From positions 2,368,001-2,432,000 of the forward strand of contig OY776510.1 in NCBI GenBank assembly GCA_963675665.1: 64,000 bases of DNA, read 5' to 3'. This stretch comes from Spirochaetia bacterium (lineage in GTDB: Bacteria; Spirochaetota; Spirochaetia; UBA9216). The notes under the pieces are model-generated. The model was given only the letters and a program-made list of their open reading frames with translations. It did no database searches and had not been told where the DNA came from. The translations under genes were made by a program, and so were the position numbers. Positions 39,239 to 48,178 of the stretch are shown piece by piece. Numbering within the stretch: the stretch's first letter is position 1; every line of letters begins with the position of its first letter.

Positions 39239-40519
39239 ATGAAAGAAAAGCTCGCCATGGAAGGCGGACCTAAAGCTAAAACTACTGCGACGTATCCGAT
39301 GTATCCGGGAGGGTTGGAAATAGGTGAAGAGGAAAAAAAGGAAGTGCTCGAAGTCCTGGAGAGAAAATATCTGTTCAGGTATTACGGGCCGGAAAAATAT
39401 CCGTCCAAGGTAAAAGAGTTTGAAACCCGATTTGCGGAAATGGTCGGGGCGAAAAATGCATTGGCTGTAACTAACTGTACCGGGGCCCTTATAACATCAT
39501 TGGTTGCCTGCGGTATTGGCCCGGGAGATGAGGTCATTGTCAGCGGTTATACTTTTTTTGCTTCATGCGCCGCTATTGTTGCAGCAAAAGCTATCCCGGT
39601 AATTGCCGAAGTAGATGAAACGCTGACGCTGGATCCTGTTGACTTTGAAAAGAAAATTACTCCGTCGACAAAAGCGGTAATAGTAGTTCACATGAGAGGA
39701 GTTCCCTGCGATATGGACAGGATAATGGCTATAGCTCAAAAGCACAATCTGAAGGTGATTGAAGACTGTGCTCAGGCTGTGGGAGGTTCCTATAAGGGGA
39801 AAGCGCTCGGGACTTTCGGAGATTGCGGCTGCTACTCTTTTCAGTACCATAAGATCATTACTGCCGGTGAAGGCGGGATGATAGTGACCGATGATGATCG
39901 CATTTATGATCGATGTATGGGGTATCATGACACCGCAGCCTGCTGGAGGCCTGAGAGGTTTGCTGAGCAGCGCTATGAAGGGGAGCTCTTTGCCGGTGTT
40001 AATTACAGGATGAGTGAACTGACGGGGGCTGTAATGAATGCCCAGCTTTCAAAACTGGATAATCTTGTTGCTCTTATGAGAAGAAATCAAAAAAGGATAA
40101 TTGACGGAATACGTGAAACAGACGGAATAACAATTCGACCGGTAAATGATCCGGAAGGAGATGTCGGAATATGCCTGATGTTTTATTTGGACAGTTCGGA
40201 TAAGGTTGAGCCCTTTGTGAAGGCTTTGAATGCGGAAGGCGTTGATGCGGGCGGCGTTTTTGATGCTGCTGTTCCCGATTGGCATGTATATTCTCACTGG
40301 AAACACATTATTGAGAAAAAAACGCCTACCGAAGAAGGCTGCCCGTGGACTTGTCCGTTTCATAAAGGCAAGGATATCGAGTATTCCGAAGATATGAATC
40401 CGAATACTCTTGATTACCTGGGAAGGGTTGTACATCTTGATATCCCATCACAACTTACAGTAGAAGAGTGCGATATGATTGCAAAGGGAATTAATAAGGT
40501 TGCGGCTCATTTTGCGTAG
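39239..40519 (+). CDS. DegT/DnrJ/EryC1/StrS sugar aminotransferase, KdnA-like (copy 2)
   Basis: 'LFRYYG', 'EDCAQ', 'SFQYHKIITAGEGG', 'NYRMSELTGAV'. Confidence 0.92.
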   Translation: MKEKLAMEGGPKAKTTATYPMYPGGLEIGEEEKKEVLEVLERKYLFRYYGPEKYPSKVKEFETRFAEMVGAKNALAVTNCTGALITSLVACGIGPGDEVIVSGYTFFASCAAIVAAKAIPVIAEVDETLTLDPVDFEKKITPSTKAVIVVHMRGVPCDMDRIMAIAQKHNLKVIEDCAQAVGGSYKGKALGTFGDCGCYSFQYHKIITAGEGGMIVTDDDRIYDRCMGYHDTAACWRPERFAEQRYEGELFAGVNYRMSELTGAVMNAQLSKLDNLVALMRRNQKRIIDGIRETDGITIRPVNDPEGDVGICLMFYLDSSDKVEPFVKALNAEGVDAGGVFDAAVPDWHVYSHWKHIIEKKTPTEEGCPWTCPFHKGKDIEYSEDMNPNTLDYLGRVVHLDIPSQLTVEECDMIAKGINKVAAHFA

Positions 40520-40546
40520 GCACACACTGAAAGGGGAGTATGATAT

Positions 40547-41662
40547 ATGGCCTTGAAATTTGATATTCCTCATGGCGAAGTGGAACGAAGAAAAGATGTT
40601 GTTCGCAGAGTGTGGGACTATAAAGAGGTTGATCATATTCCCGTCTGTTTTGATCTTAAATACAATCCCGGGGGGATAACGGTTAGAGAAGAACTGACGG
40701 ATAAGGAGAAGCAGCTTGAATTGCGTTTATATAATATTGAAAAAAGTATAAACGAAATTCCTGATGACTATATTCCATCGTGTTTTCTCAATATCGGGTG
40801 TGTGGGCGTTGATGTGGCATATGGAGCGGAAGTTTTCTGGGAAGACGAAGCCAGGAATCCGTATATAAAAAAAGAAGTAATTAACAAGACTGAAGATATT
40901 TTCAAGCTGCAAAAACCTGATGTAAGAAAAGACGGAATGTTTCCGATGTTTCTTGATCTTATGAAATATGTGATAAAGGAAACTGAAGGATACATTCCGG
41001 TGTCGTGTCTGGATAATAACGGTATTACGGGGGTTGCCTGTGATCTTCTGGGAGCAGACAGGTTCTACATGATGCTCCTGGATGATGAGGCGGCCATGAA
41101 GCATTTGCTTGATATGATAAGTGATACCATCATTGAATTTACTGATGTATGTATTGAAATAGCCGGTGGTATCAACAATGTTACTTCTACCGACTGGTTT
41201 TACTTTTGGACGCCTGAAGGCCGGAAAGGGCATGTTTCCTGTGATGCCAGTGCAAATTACGGCCCGCAAATGTTTAAAAAGTATGATATTCCATTTAATA
41301 ATAAAATCTTTGAAAAATATGGAGCAGGCTTATTACATAATTGCGGACCGAATCCCTGCGGTCTCGAGTATCCTGAGCATTCGCAAAATCTTGCCGGTGT
41401 AAACCTTGCATATAAATATTCCAAAGACGATTTCGCTCGGATGAAAAAAGCGTACAGCGGGAAAAATATAATTTACATTATTTTTGATAATGAATCTCCA
41501 GAAGAAGCCTTATCAGGATGGAAAACGGCAATGGAAATCCTGTCCCCGGATGTTATCTCAATACCTATAGTTTTTATAGCCGAGGAAACAGATGATATAG
41601 CACGCCTCTATGAGAGATATCTGAAAGTGGGGAAAGAGTACGCCCGAAGAGTATGGCGTTGA
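40547..41662 (+). CDS. Uroporphyrinogen-decarboxylase-superfamily protein (MtaA/CmuA-like cobamide methyltransferase)
   Basis: 'AYGAEV', 'ACDLLGADRFYMMLLDD..AMKHLLD', 'GPQMFKKYDIP', Zn-ligand-like 'LHNCG'. Confidence 0.7.
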   Translation: MALKFDIPHGEVERRKDVVRRVWDYKEVDHIPVCFDLKYNPGGITVREELTDKEKQLELRLYNIEKSINEIPDDYIPSCFLNIGCVGVDVAYGAEVFWEDEARNPYIKKEVINKTEDIFKLQKPDVRKDGMFPMFLDLMKYVIKETEGYIPVSCLDNNGITGVACDLLGADRFYMMLLDDEAAMKHLLDMISDTIIEFTDVCIEIAGGINNVTSTDWFYFWTPEGRKGHVSCDASANYGPQMFKKYDIPFNNKIFEKYGAGLLHNCGPNPCGLEYPEHSQNLAGVNLAYKYSKDDFARMKKAYSGKNIIYIIFDNESPEEALSGWKTAMEILSPDVISIPIVFIAEETDDIARLYERYLKVGKEYARRVWR

Positions 41663-41729
41663 AAATATTTTATAATGGATTTTATGGTGTAACCATAGGA
41701 TAATAAAAATTTTATTAAAGGACGGTGTT

Positions 41730-42986
41730 ATGAAGTCAGTGAGAAAAATTGGTGTCTGTATCATGCTTCTGGTTTTACTGGGAATTATCCCGGTTTTTGC
41801 CGGTGGTGCACAGGAGAAATCTGATGATGGAGTAGTAAAACTCCAATTCGCAAGCTGGATGGTAGCTGAGGCTTCAGGCGGAGAGGAAATTATCCCTGCA
41901 AAGATAGCTGAATGGGAAGCTGCACATCCCGGTGTTGAAGTGGAAGTTGTTCCTCTTGGATGGGAAGAAACACCGGATAAAATCATCCAGCAGACCATTG
42001 CGAAAAATATGCCTGACATTTTTACTATTGAGTCTTTATGGCTTGGTAAGTTTGAAGGCATGCCGAACTGCGTAGAAGATCTGAGTTCTTACATGGACGC
42101 AGGTTTTACTTCGGAGCTCATTCCTGCATATAAAAGCGGGATTATGAACGGTAGAACCGCCGGTCTGTTGTGGAGTCCGAACCCGATGTTCATTGTTTAT
42201 AACAAGGAGCTGGCAGCAAAAGCCGGGGTCTCCGGAACGCCGAAAAGTCTGGAAGACTGGGTTTCGCAGGCTGAAAAAATAAGCGCCCTTGGAGACGATA
42301 TATACGGTCTCGGTCTGCAGCTGGGTATTGATGAATATTCGGCAGACTTTTTTCATATCCTTGCCTGGATGAAAGGTGCCGATCTTCTTGATGCCTCCGG
42401 AAAACCTGTGGTGGATTCTGCAGAAATGGCCGATACGGTTGATCTTGTCAAATCTCTGGTCGACAGGAAGATTGTTCCCTTCGGTGAGGAAGTAAGAAAT
42501 TTGAGAACGATGTTTGCTCAGGGAAAGCTCGGGTTTTTTATTGAAGGCCCATGGATTGCCGGTATACTGGATGCGGAAGGAATGTCGAGAGACGAATGGG
42601 GCGCTGCTGCTGTGCCTGGAAATGTATCTCCCTGTTCTCACCTGCTGTGTATGTCTGCGCAAACGGAGAATAAGGATCTTGCATGGGATCTTATGAAATA
42701 TATTGTTTCCGAAGAATCTCTTACGAGTGAGTATTTTAAGGGTACCGGTTTGCTTCCGGTAGTGGCATATCAGTATGATAATGCCATTTATAATGATGAG
42801 CCCACCCGAATCGCTTTGGAAGCAATGTCAAATCTTAAGAATCCCAATGTATGGCAATCCCAGAAGAAATATGAAATTGAAATAGCTTTCATGGAGGTTG
42901 TTCAGAAAATCCTTCTTAATGATGACGATATCGGTAGCTCGTTAAGCGCTCTTAATGAGGACATTGCTGAAATCATTTCAGAGTAG
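41730..42986 (+). CDS. CUT1 carbohydrate ABC substrate-binding protein
   Basis: 'VFAGGAQEK' leader, 'HPGVEVEV', 'IVYNKEL', 'FAQGKLGFFIEGPW'. Confidence 0.9.
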   Translation: MKSVRKIGVCIMLLVLLGIIPVFAGGAQEKSDDGVVKLQFASWMVAEASGGEEIIPAKIAEWEAAHPGVEVEVVPLGWEETPDKIIQQTIAKNMPDIFTIESLWLGKFEGMPNCVEDLSSYMDAGFTSELIPAYKSGIMNGRTAGLLWSPNPMFIVYNKELAAKAGVSGTPKSLEDWVSQAEKISALGDDIYGLGLQLGIDEYSADFFHILAWMKGADLLDASGKPVVDSAEMADTVDLVKSLVDRKIVPFGEEVRNLRTMFAQGKLGFFIEGPWIAGILDAEGMSRDEWGAAAVPGNVSPCSHLLCMSAQTENKDLAWDLMKYIVSEESLTSEYFKGTGLLPVVAYQYDNAIYNDEPTRIALEAMSNLKNPNVWQSQKKYEIEIAFMEVVQKILLNDDDIGSSLSALNEDIAEIISE

Positions 42987-43027
42987 TACAGAGGGCCTTC
43001 GGGCCCTTTGATTTTAATAGGGGGGTA

Positions 43028-43942
43028 TTGATGAAAGATAGTACTAAACCATTGTCCGGCCATTATCTCAGCGACAGGATGTTTGCTTTCCTCCTGCTTC
43101 TTCCGGCTATAGTAGTGATAATTTTTATTATTGTTGTACCGCTTGTTACCGGAATTTATACAAGTTTTTTCAGATATTTTATGTCTGATTCCAGGGGTAT
43201 GGAATTTGTAGGTTTTCAGAATTATATTAGAATGTTCAGCAGGGGAGCTTTTTGGAATGCCTTTTTGAACACTCTGGTATATGTAGGAGGCTGCGTCCTG
43301 GGAGAGTTTGTAATCGGTTTTACTCTGGCTCTGCTTTTAAACTTTAGTTTCAGGGGCAAAGAGATAATAAACAGCCTTTTCTTTGTGTCGTGGATTATTC
43401 CGTCTATTGTTGTCGCCCTGATAACAAAGTTTTTATTTTTTGATCATTATCACGGAATAATTAATGTAGTACTTCAAAATCTGGGAATAATTGATGAATT
43501 TCTTCCCTGGTTGAAAGATCCAAACCTGGCAATGCCTTCGATACTTATAGCGACTGTATGGAAGATGTTTCCATTCATGTTTGTCCTTCTTTATGCGGGG
43601 CTTCAGGCTATACCGATTTCCGAAATAGAGGCTGCGAGGATAGACGGCGCAAATGCTTTTCAAAGATTTTTCTATATCACAATCCCTAATATGAGAGAGA
43701 TTATTGCCCTTGCCACCGTGCTGGAATTTATATGGATGTTTCAGTATATGACGATTATCTGGACTACAACAAAAGGCGGGCCGGCAGATGTGACTACAAC
43801 TCTACCGGTTATGATTTACAGGGTTTCGTTCAAAGGAAGCATGAATATGGGTTATGCTTCGGCAATAGGAGTTTTCTGGATGCTTTTTCTTCTGGGCTTC
43901 AGTATTTTTTACGTAAAAATGGTCGGAAAGGAGGAGAAGTAG
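43028..43942 (+). CDS. CUT1 ABC permease (MalF-like)
   Basis: 'FVGFQNY', 'LQAIP...EAARIDGA', 'TKGGP'. Confidence 0.93.
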   Translation: MMKDSTKPLSGHYLSDRMFAFLLLLPAIVVIIFIIVVPLVTGIYTSFFRYFMSDSRGMEFVGFQNYIRMFSRGAFWNAFLNTLVYVGGCVLGEFVIGFTLALLLNFSFRGKEIINSLFFVSWIIPSIVVALITKFLFFDHYHGIINVVLQNLGIIDEFLPWLKDPNLAMPSILIATVWKMFPFMFVLLYAGLQAIPISEIEAARIDGANAFQRFFYITIPNMREIIALATVLEFIWMFQYMTIIWTTTKGGPADVTTTLPVMIYRVSFKGSMNMGYASAIGVFWMLFLLGFSIFYVKMVGKEEK

Positions 43943-44808
43943 TGAGACAGCCGGGAAAGATGAACAGAACGAGAATAATAAAAACTATCAGAATAGTAAT
44001 TATTATAATTCTGCTTACTATAACATTATCGCCGCTTTACTGGATGGTGAATGTATCATTCAAGAATCAGGATGAAATCTTTCAGATTCCTCCTACTTTT
44101 TTTCCGAACAATTTTACGCTTGAGAATTATAAAGCTATTCTGATTGGAAATTTGTCTTCTTCCATTAAATTCTTAATGTATTTTAAAAACAGCCTGATAG
44201 TTGCAGCATTGACGGTTGTCGTTACTTTGCTGGTTGCTACACCGGCCGCATATGCCCTTTCAAGGGTCCGGTTTAAAGGTAAAAGGATGCTGATATATTT
44301 TGTGCTGATTTCACAGATGTTTCCAATTGTATTGATTCTTATCCCCCTCTATCAATCATTTCTTCGGTTGAATCTGGTCAGTACATTTGCAGGCCTTATG
44401 CTGGCAAATATGATGTTTGCCCTGCCGTTTTCAATATGGATGCTGAAAGGATATTTCGATTCAATACCGGGGGTTCTGGATGACGCTGCCAAAGTTGACG
44501 GTTGCAGTCGTATGCAGGCAATGCTTCTGGTAATCATGCCGAATGTCAGGCCGGGGCTTACTGCTGCAGCTATAGTGGTTTTTATTCAATGTTGGGATGA
44601 ATTCATGATTGCCCTGACCGTAATGGATAAAAATTCGATGAGGACTCTGCCTGTGGGCATTATTCAGTCTTTTGTGGGTGAGTTCTCGATAAAATGGGGA
44701 GAGATGATGGCTGCTTCCGTTATAACGACAATTCCGGTTGTTATCATCTTTATTTTTCTCAGCAAGAATCTTATCGGCGGACTGACTGCGGGCGCTGTTA
44801 AGGGATAA
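43942..44808 (+). CDS. CUT1 ABC permease (MalG-like)
   Basis: GTG start overlapping the previous stop; 'AAYALSR', 'YFDSIP..LDDAAKVDG', 'GLTAGAVKG'. Confidence 0.93.
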   Translation: MRQPGKMNRTRIIKTIRIVIIIILLTITLSPLYWMVNVSFKNQDEIFQIPPTFFPNNFTLENYKAILIGNLSSSIKFLMYFKNSLIVAALTVVVTLLVATPAAYALSRVRFKGKRMLIYFVLISQMFPIVLILIPLYQSFLRLNLVSTFAGLMLANMMFALPFSIWMLKGYFDSIPGVLDDAAKVDGCSRMQAMLLVIMPNVRPGLTAAAIVVFIQCWDEFMIALTVMDKNSMRTLPVGIIQSFVGEFSIKWGEMMAASVITTIPVVIIFIFLSKNLIGGLTAGAVKG

Positions 44809-44824
44809 TATTGGAGTATGAATA

Positions 44825-46258
44825 ATGCAAATGAATAATCTGAAGGTGTTATCCGATGAGGAAGTTGCAAACATAGTAAAAGCCTCATCGAGGATCCTCA
44901 GTGAAACAGGAGTCAAAATCGACAGCAGTACTGTTCTTGAAAAGCTTTCAAAAAAGGGCGCTGTAGTTGATTTTAAAGCGGGTATAGCAAGGTTTCCGGA
45001 GGAAATACAAAGAAAATGCCTGGAGTCGGCTCCCAAGGAAATACCTGTAGTTAACCGTAATGGAGAATATCAATTTACAATCGGCGGAGACAGTACTGTT
45101 TTTGCAAGCGGGCATAATGCTGTTTTTTTTGATGACTATATAACAGGTGAGCACAGACAGTTCGTTCGAAAGGACGTCAGAGATTATATTGCGGTTGCTC
45201 ATAATCTGGATGAGGTTGATTTAATCGGTTTGCCGGCCTCGCCTGGAGATGTGCCGCCGGCAAGTTCATTATTATATTCGCTGATGGATACATTTACTTT
45301 AAGTGATAAACCTGTTTATTTCTCTACTGAAAGCGACAGAATAAATCATTATGCAATTGAAATGGCTCAAGCGTCTGCGCCTCTGGCTGTGAATAAAGGT
45401 GCATATATGATCAGCCAGCTGTCTCCCACCTCTCCGTTGTTCTGGGAGAAGGGCGCCGTACAGGGAGTTGTTGAATGTGCGGAAAGAGGGTTTCCTGTTT
45501 CAATCCTTCCTGAACCTATAGCAGGCGTAACGGCTCCATATTCGCTTTCAGGACTTGTGACCGTGCATAACGTGGAAGCTCTTTCGGGAATAATTATCAC
45601 ACAGCTGATTAATCCCGGAACCCCTGTAATATGGGCAAGCAGCTGGACAACTTTTGACATGAAAAAAAGCGCTGCACTTGTCGGTTCTGTAGAAACTACA
45701 CTTTGCAGAATTGCCGGAGCCCAGGTTGCAAAGTATTATAATCTTCCCCTGCATACGACCGCCCCTAATTCGGACAATCATTCGCCTGATGAGCAGAACA
45801 GCTGGGAAAAGACTTTAAGTTCCTTTTGTGCAGCTTCGTCCGGAAATAATCTTATTATGAATATGGGAATGTATGCCTGCGGTATGACTATCAGCCTGGA
45901 GCAGTTAGTGCTTGATGCTGAAATAATCGGTCAGATTAAAAGGTTGAGAGAAGGTGTTGATGCTTCGGTTGATATGATAGCTGAAGAACTGATTGGAAAG
46001 GTCGGATACAGGGGTTCTTATATTATTGAAGATCATACCATAGATTTGTTGAAAACAGGTGAATACCGGGAACCTCTGATAGCTGTCAGGCAGAATCTTG
46101 ATTTATGGAAAGAAAAAGGAGCAAAGAATTCCATGGAACTTGCTCACGCTATGGTTAACAAGTTGCTGTCCCAGCCTTTGCCTGTGGTTGATGATAAAAA
46201 ATATGCAGAGATGTTTTCAATAATTAATACTTGTGAAAAGGAGTTGCTAAATGGCTAA
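44825..46258 (+). CDS. MttB (trimethylamine methyltransferase) superfamily, non-pyrrolysine member
   Basis: 'SPTSPL.W', 'AGVTAPYSLSG..TVHNVEALSG...QLINPGTP', 'SDNHSPDEQNSWEK', 'SLEQLVLDAEI'; no in-frame TAG. Confidence 0.9.
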   Translation: MQMNNLKVLSDEEVANIVKASSRILSETGVKIDSSTVLEKLSKKGAVVDFKAGIARFPEEIQRKCLESAPKEIPVVNRNGEYQFTIGGDSTVFASGHNAVFFDDYITGEHRQFVRKDVRDYIAVAHNLDEVDLIGLPASPGDVPPASSLLYSLMDTFTLSDKPVYFSTESDRINHYAIEMAQASAPLAVNKGAYMISQLSPTSPLFWEKGAVQGVVECAERGFPVSILPEPIAGVTAPYSLSGLVTVHNVEALSGIIITQLINPGTPVIWASSWTTFDMKKSAALVGSVETTLCRIAGAQVAKYYNLPLHTTAPNSDNHSPDEQNSWEKTLSSFCAASSGNNLIMNMGMYACGMTISLEQLVLDAEIIGQIKRLREGVDASVDMIAEELIGKVGYRGSYIIEDHTIDLLKTGEYREPLIAVRQNLDLWKEKGAKNSMELAHAMVNKLLSQPLPVVDDKKYAEMFSIINTCEKELLNG

Positions 46259-47066
46259 TATTAGTGTGTGTGCTGAATGTTTCTTTACCGATTTGCCTTT
46301 TGCAGAAAGGGTGAAGAAAATAGCTGCTATCGGATACCGGGATATTGAATTCTGGCATCCGGAAGGAACGTTTAACGGAAGTGATATTGATTTTACGCAA
46401 GCCAAGGATGCGGCGACGCTTAACAGTTCGGCCGGTTCGGTCGGCGTGAAATATAATGATTTCGCATTTGGCGCATGGGACGGTTCGATCGGCGGTAATG
46501 CGACAAAAAAAGAAGACCATGAAAAATGGCTGCAGCAGATTGATGCAATGCTGGCTTTTGCTCAAAGCATCTCCTGTCCAAAAGGGATAATTCTTTCGGG
46601 AATGACTCAGCAGGGAATGAATCGTGATCTTATGAACGGGAACCTGTTGATTGCGTTTGGAAAAGCCGCTTCCGCTGCTGAAAAAGCAGGCATTACGCTT
46701 GTGATAGAACCGCTTAACAGTCTTGTAGATCATGCCGGGTATTATCTTGATAAAACCGGTGCGGCTGTTGAACTTATAAGACAAATTAATAGCCCTAACC
46801 TGAAAATGCTGTACGATGTTTATCATATGCAGGTCATGGAGGGGAATATTCTGGATTTTATTGAAAGAAATATCGATATTATCGGACATTTTCATTCTGC
46901 CGGAGTTCCCGGACGTGCCGAATTGTTCGATACGGAAGTCAATTATCCTGTTATTATAAAGAAAATTGATGAACTTGGATATGACGGATGTTTTGGTCTT
47001 GAGTATTTCCCAAAACTGGAAGATGAAGAATCATTAAAAAGAACTCTGGAGTATTTAACTGTCTGA
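46251..47066 (+). CDS. Hydroxypyruvate-isomerase-like TIM-barrel isomerase/epimerase
   Basis: 'IEPLNSLVDH.GY', 'LYDVYHMQVMEGN', 'HFHSAGVPGR', 'GLEY'. Confidence 0.85.
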   Translation: MANISVCAECFFTDLPFAERVKKIAAIGYRDIEFWHPEGTFNGSDIDFTQAKDAATLNSSAGSVGVKYNDFAFGAWDGSIGGNATKKEDHEKWLQQIDAMLAFAQSISCPKGIILSGMTQQGMNRDLMNGNLLIAFGKAASAAEKAGITLVIEPLNSLVDHAGYYLDKTGAAVELIRQINSPNLKMLYDVYHMQVMEGNILDFIERNIDIIGHFHSAGVPGRAELFDTEVNYPVIIKKIDELGYDGCFGLEYFPKLEDEESLKRTLEYLTV

Positions 47067-47089
47067 TTAAGAATTCTGAATAAATAGTG

Positions 47090-47132
47090 AGAGCCTTTAG
47101 TGCTGAATTGCCGCCCGAAGGCTCTTTTTTTT
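47090..47132 (+). terminator. Intrinsic terminator between the methyltransferase operon and hgcA
   Basis: AGAGCCTT...AAGGCTCT stem followed by a T-run. Confidence 0.7.
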
Positions 47133-47169
47133 GATCGCTGGAAAATAAATATCAATAACTAATTTATAG

Positions 47170-47198
47170 ATGACCAGATAACTAAGATATGATATTGT
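47170..47198 (+). promoter_or_regulatory. Putative extended -10 promoter giving a leaderless hgcA mRNA
   Basis: ATGACC (47170-75), 17 nt spacer, TG-A-TATTGT (47190-98); predicted +1 falls at the ATG (47205); no SD upstream. Confidence 0.4.
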
Positions 47199-47204
47199 CC
47201 ATGT

Positions 47205-48176
47205 ATGACTGAAATAACTGACAGCAGGATAAAAATAAAGGACAAGTTGGGCGCTGTAGCTGTGCGCCTGGGGTTTTTCAGGGGTTCTTATTCGATTTCT
47301 CCGGGATTATACAATTTGAATAATCCCGATTCAAACTCCCCGGTTTTTGTTTCTGCAAATTATAAATTGTCGTTTGATATTCTCAGAAAATCATTGAAGG
47401 GCATAAGTTGCTGGTTGCTTGTTCTGGATACAAAAGGAATAAATGTATGGTGTGCTGCGGGTAAGGGGACTTTCGGGACCGATGAGCTTGTTGAACGTAT
47501 TGACAAAGTGCAGCTTTCACGTCAAGTGAACCATAAAAATATAATTGTACCGCAGCTAGGCGCACCAGGGATTAAAGCTCGGGAAATCAGGCTGAAAACA
47601 GGATTCAGGGTGATTTACGGGCCGGTTGAAGCCAGGGACATTCCTGAATTTATTTCAAACGGACTAAGAAAATCGGAGCAAATGCGAAGAAAGACTTTCA
47701 GGATCCGTGAACGTCTTGTTCTGGTTCCGGTTGAGCTGATTCATGCATGGAAGCTCCTGCTGCCGATAATTGCTGCCAGTATACTATTCAGTTTCTTTAC
47801 GGCCGGGCCGGAGAAGTTTGATTTGCTTTCTGCTGTTTTGCCCGGTATTCTGGGTGTAGTGTCAGGAGGGCTGTTGATGCCCACGCTCCTTCCCTGGTTG
47901 CCTTTCAGGGCGTTTTCATTGAAAGGGGTATTCAGCGGAGTAATAGTTGCACTGTTATGGCTTATAACGACAGGACCTGAGCTTGCAGCTGCATTGTTCG
48001 GCGGCGGTTTGCTGATAACGTCATCATCCTTTGTGGCAATGAATTTTACCGGATCCTCGACTTTCACTTCATTGTCCGGGGTTAGGAAAGAGATGAGAAT
48101 TGCGGTTCCTGCGCAGATTGTTTCTGTTTTTATTTTTACCGTATCCGCAATTTTTCTTGCTGTTTTTGGAGGTTGA
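47205..48176 (+). CDS. hgcA: Mercury methylation corrinoid protein HgcA
   Basis: Cap-helix motif 'GINVWCAAGKGTFGT', 'SANYKLSFD', 'VPQLGAPG', 'YGPVEA.DIP', C-terminal TM domain with 'MNFTGSSTFTS.SGV.KEM'; hgcB directly downstream. Confidence 0.97.
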   Translation: MTEITDSRIKIKDKLGAVAVRLGFFRGSYSISPGLYNLNNPDSNSPVFVSANYKLSFDILRKSLKGISCWLLVLDTKGINVWCAAGKGTFGTDELVERIDKVQLSRQVNHKNIIVPQLGAPGIKAREIRLKTGFRVIYGPVEARDIPEFISNGLRKSEQMRRKTFRIRERLVLVPVELIHAWKLLLPIIAASILFSFFTAGPEKFDLLSAVLPGILGVVSGGLLMPTLLPWLPFRAFSLKGVFSGVIVALLWLITTGPELAAALFGGGLLITSSSFVAMNFTGSSTFTSLSGVRKEMRIAVPAQIVSVFIFTVSAIFLAVFGG

Positions 48177-48178
48177 TT

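Noticed and set aside
34131-40519. O-antigen or antibiotic biosynthesis cluster based on the DegT genes
   Set aside because: No nucleotidyltransferase, glycosyltransferase, exporter or resistance gene nearby; importers and sugar-responsive repressors point to catabolism.
44825-46258. Pyrrolysine-containing trimethylamine methyltransferase
   Set aside because: No in-frame amber codon and no pyl genes in the window.
47205-48176. Ordinary CFeSP/AcsC (CdhE) subunit instead of HgcA
   Set aside because: It has the NVWCAAGK cap helix, a C-terminal TM domain and adjacent hgcB; there is no N-terminal Fe-S domain or acs cluster.
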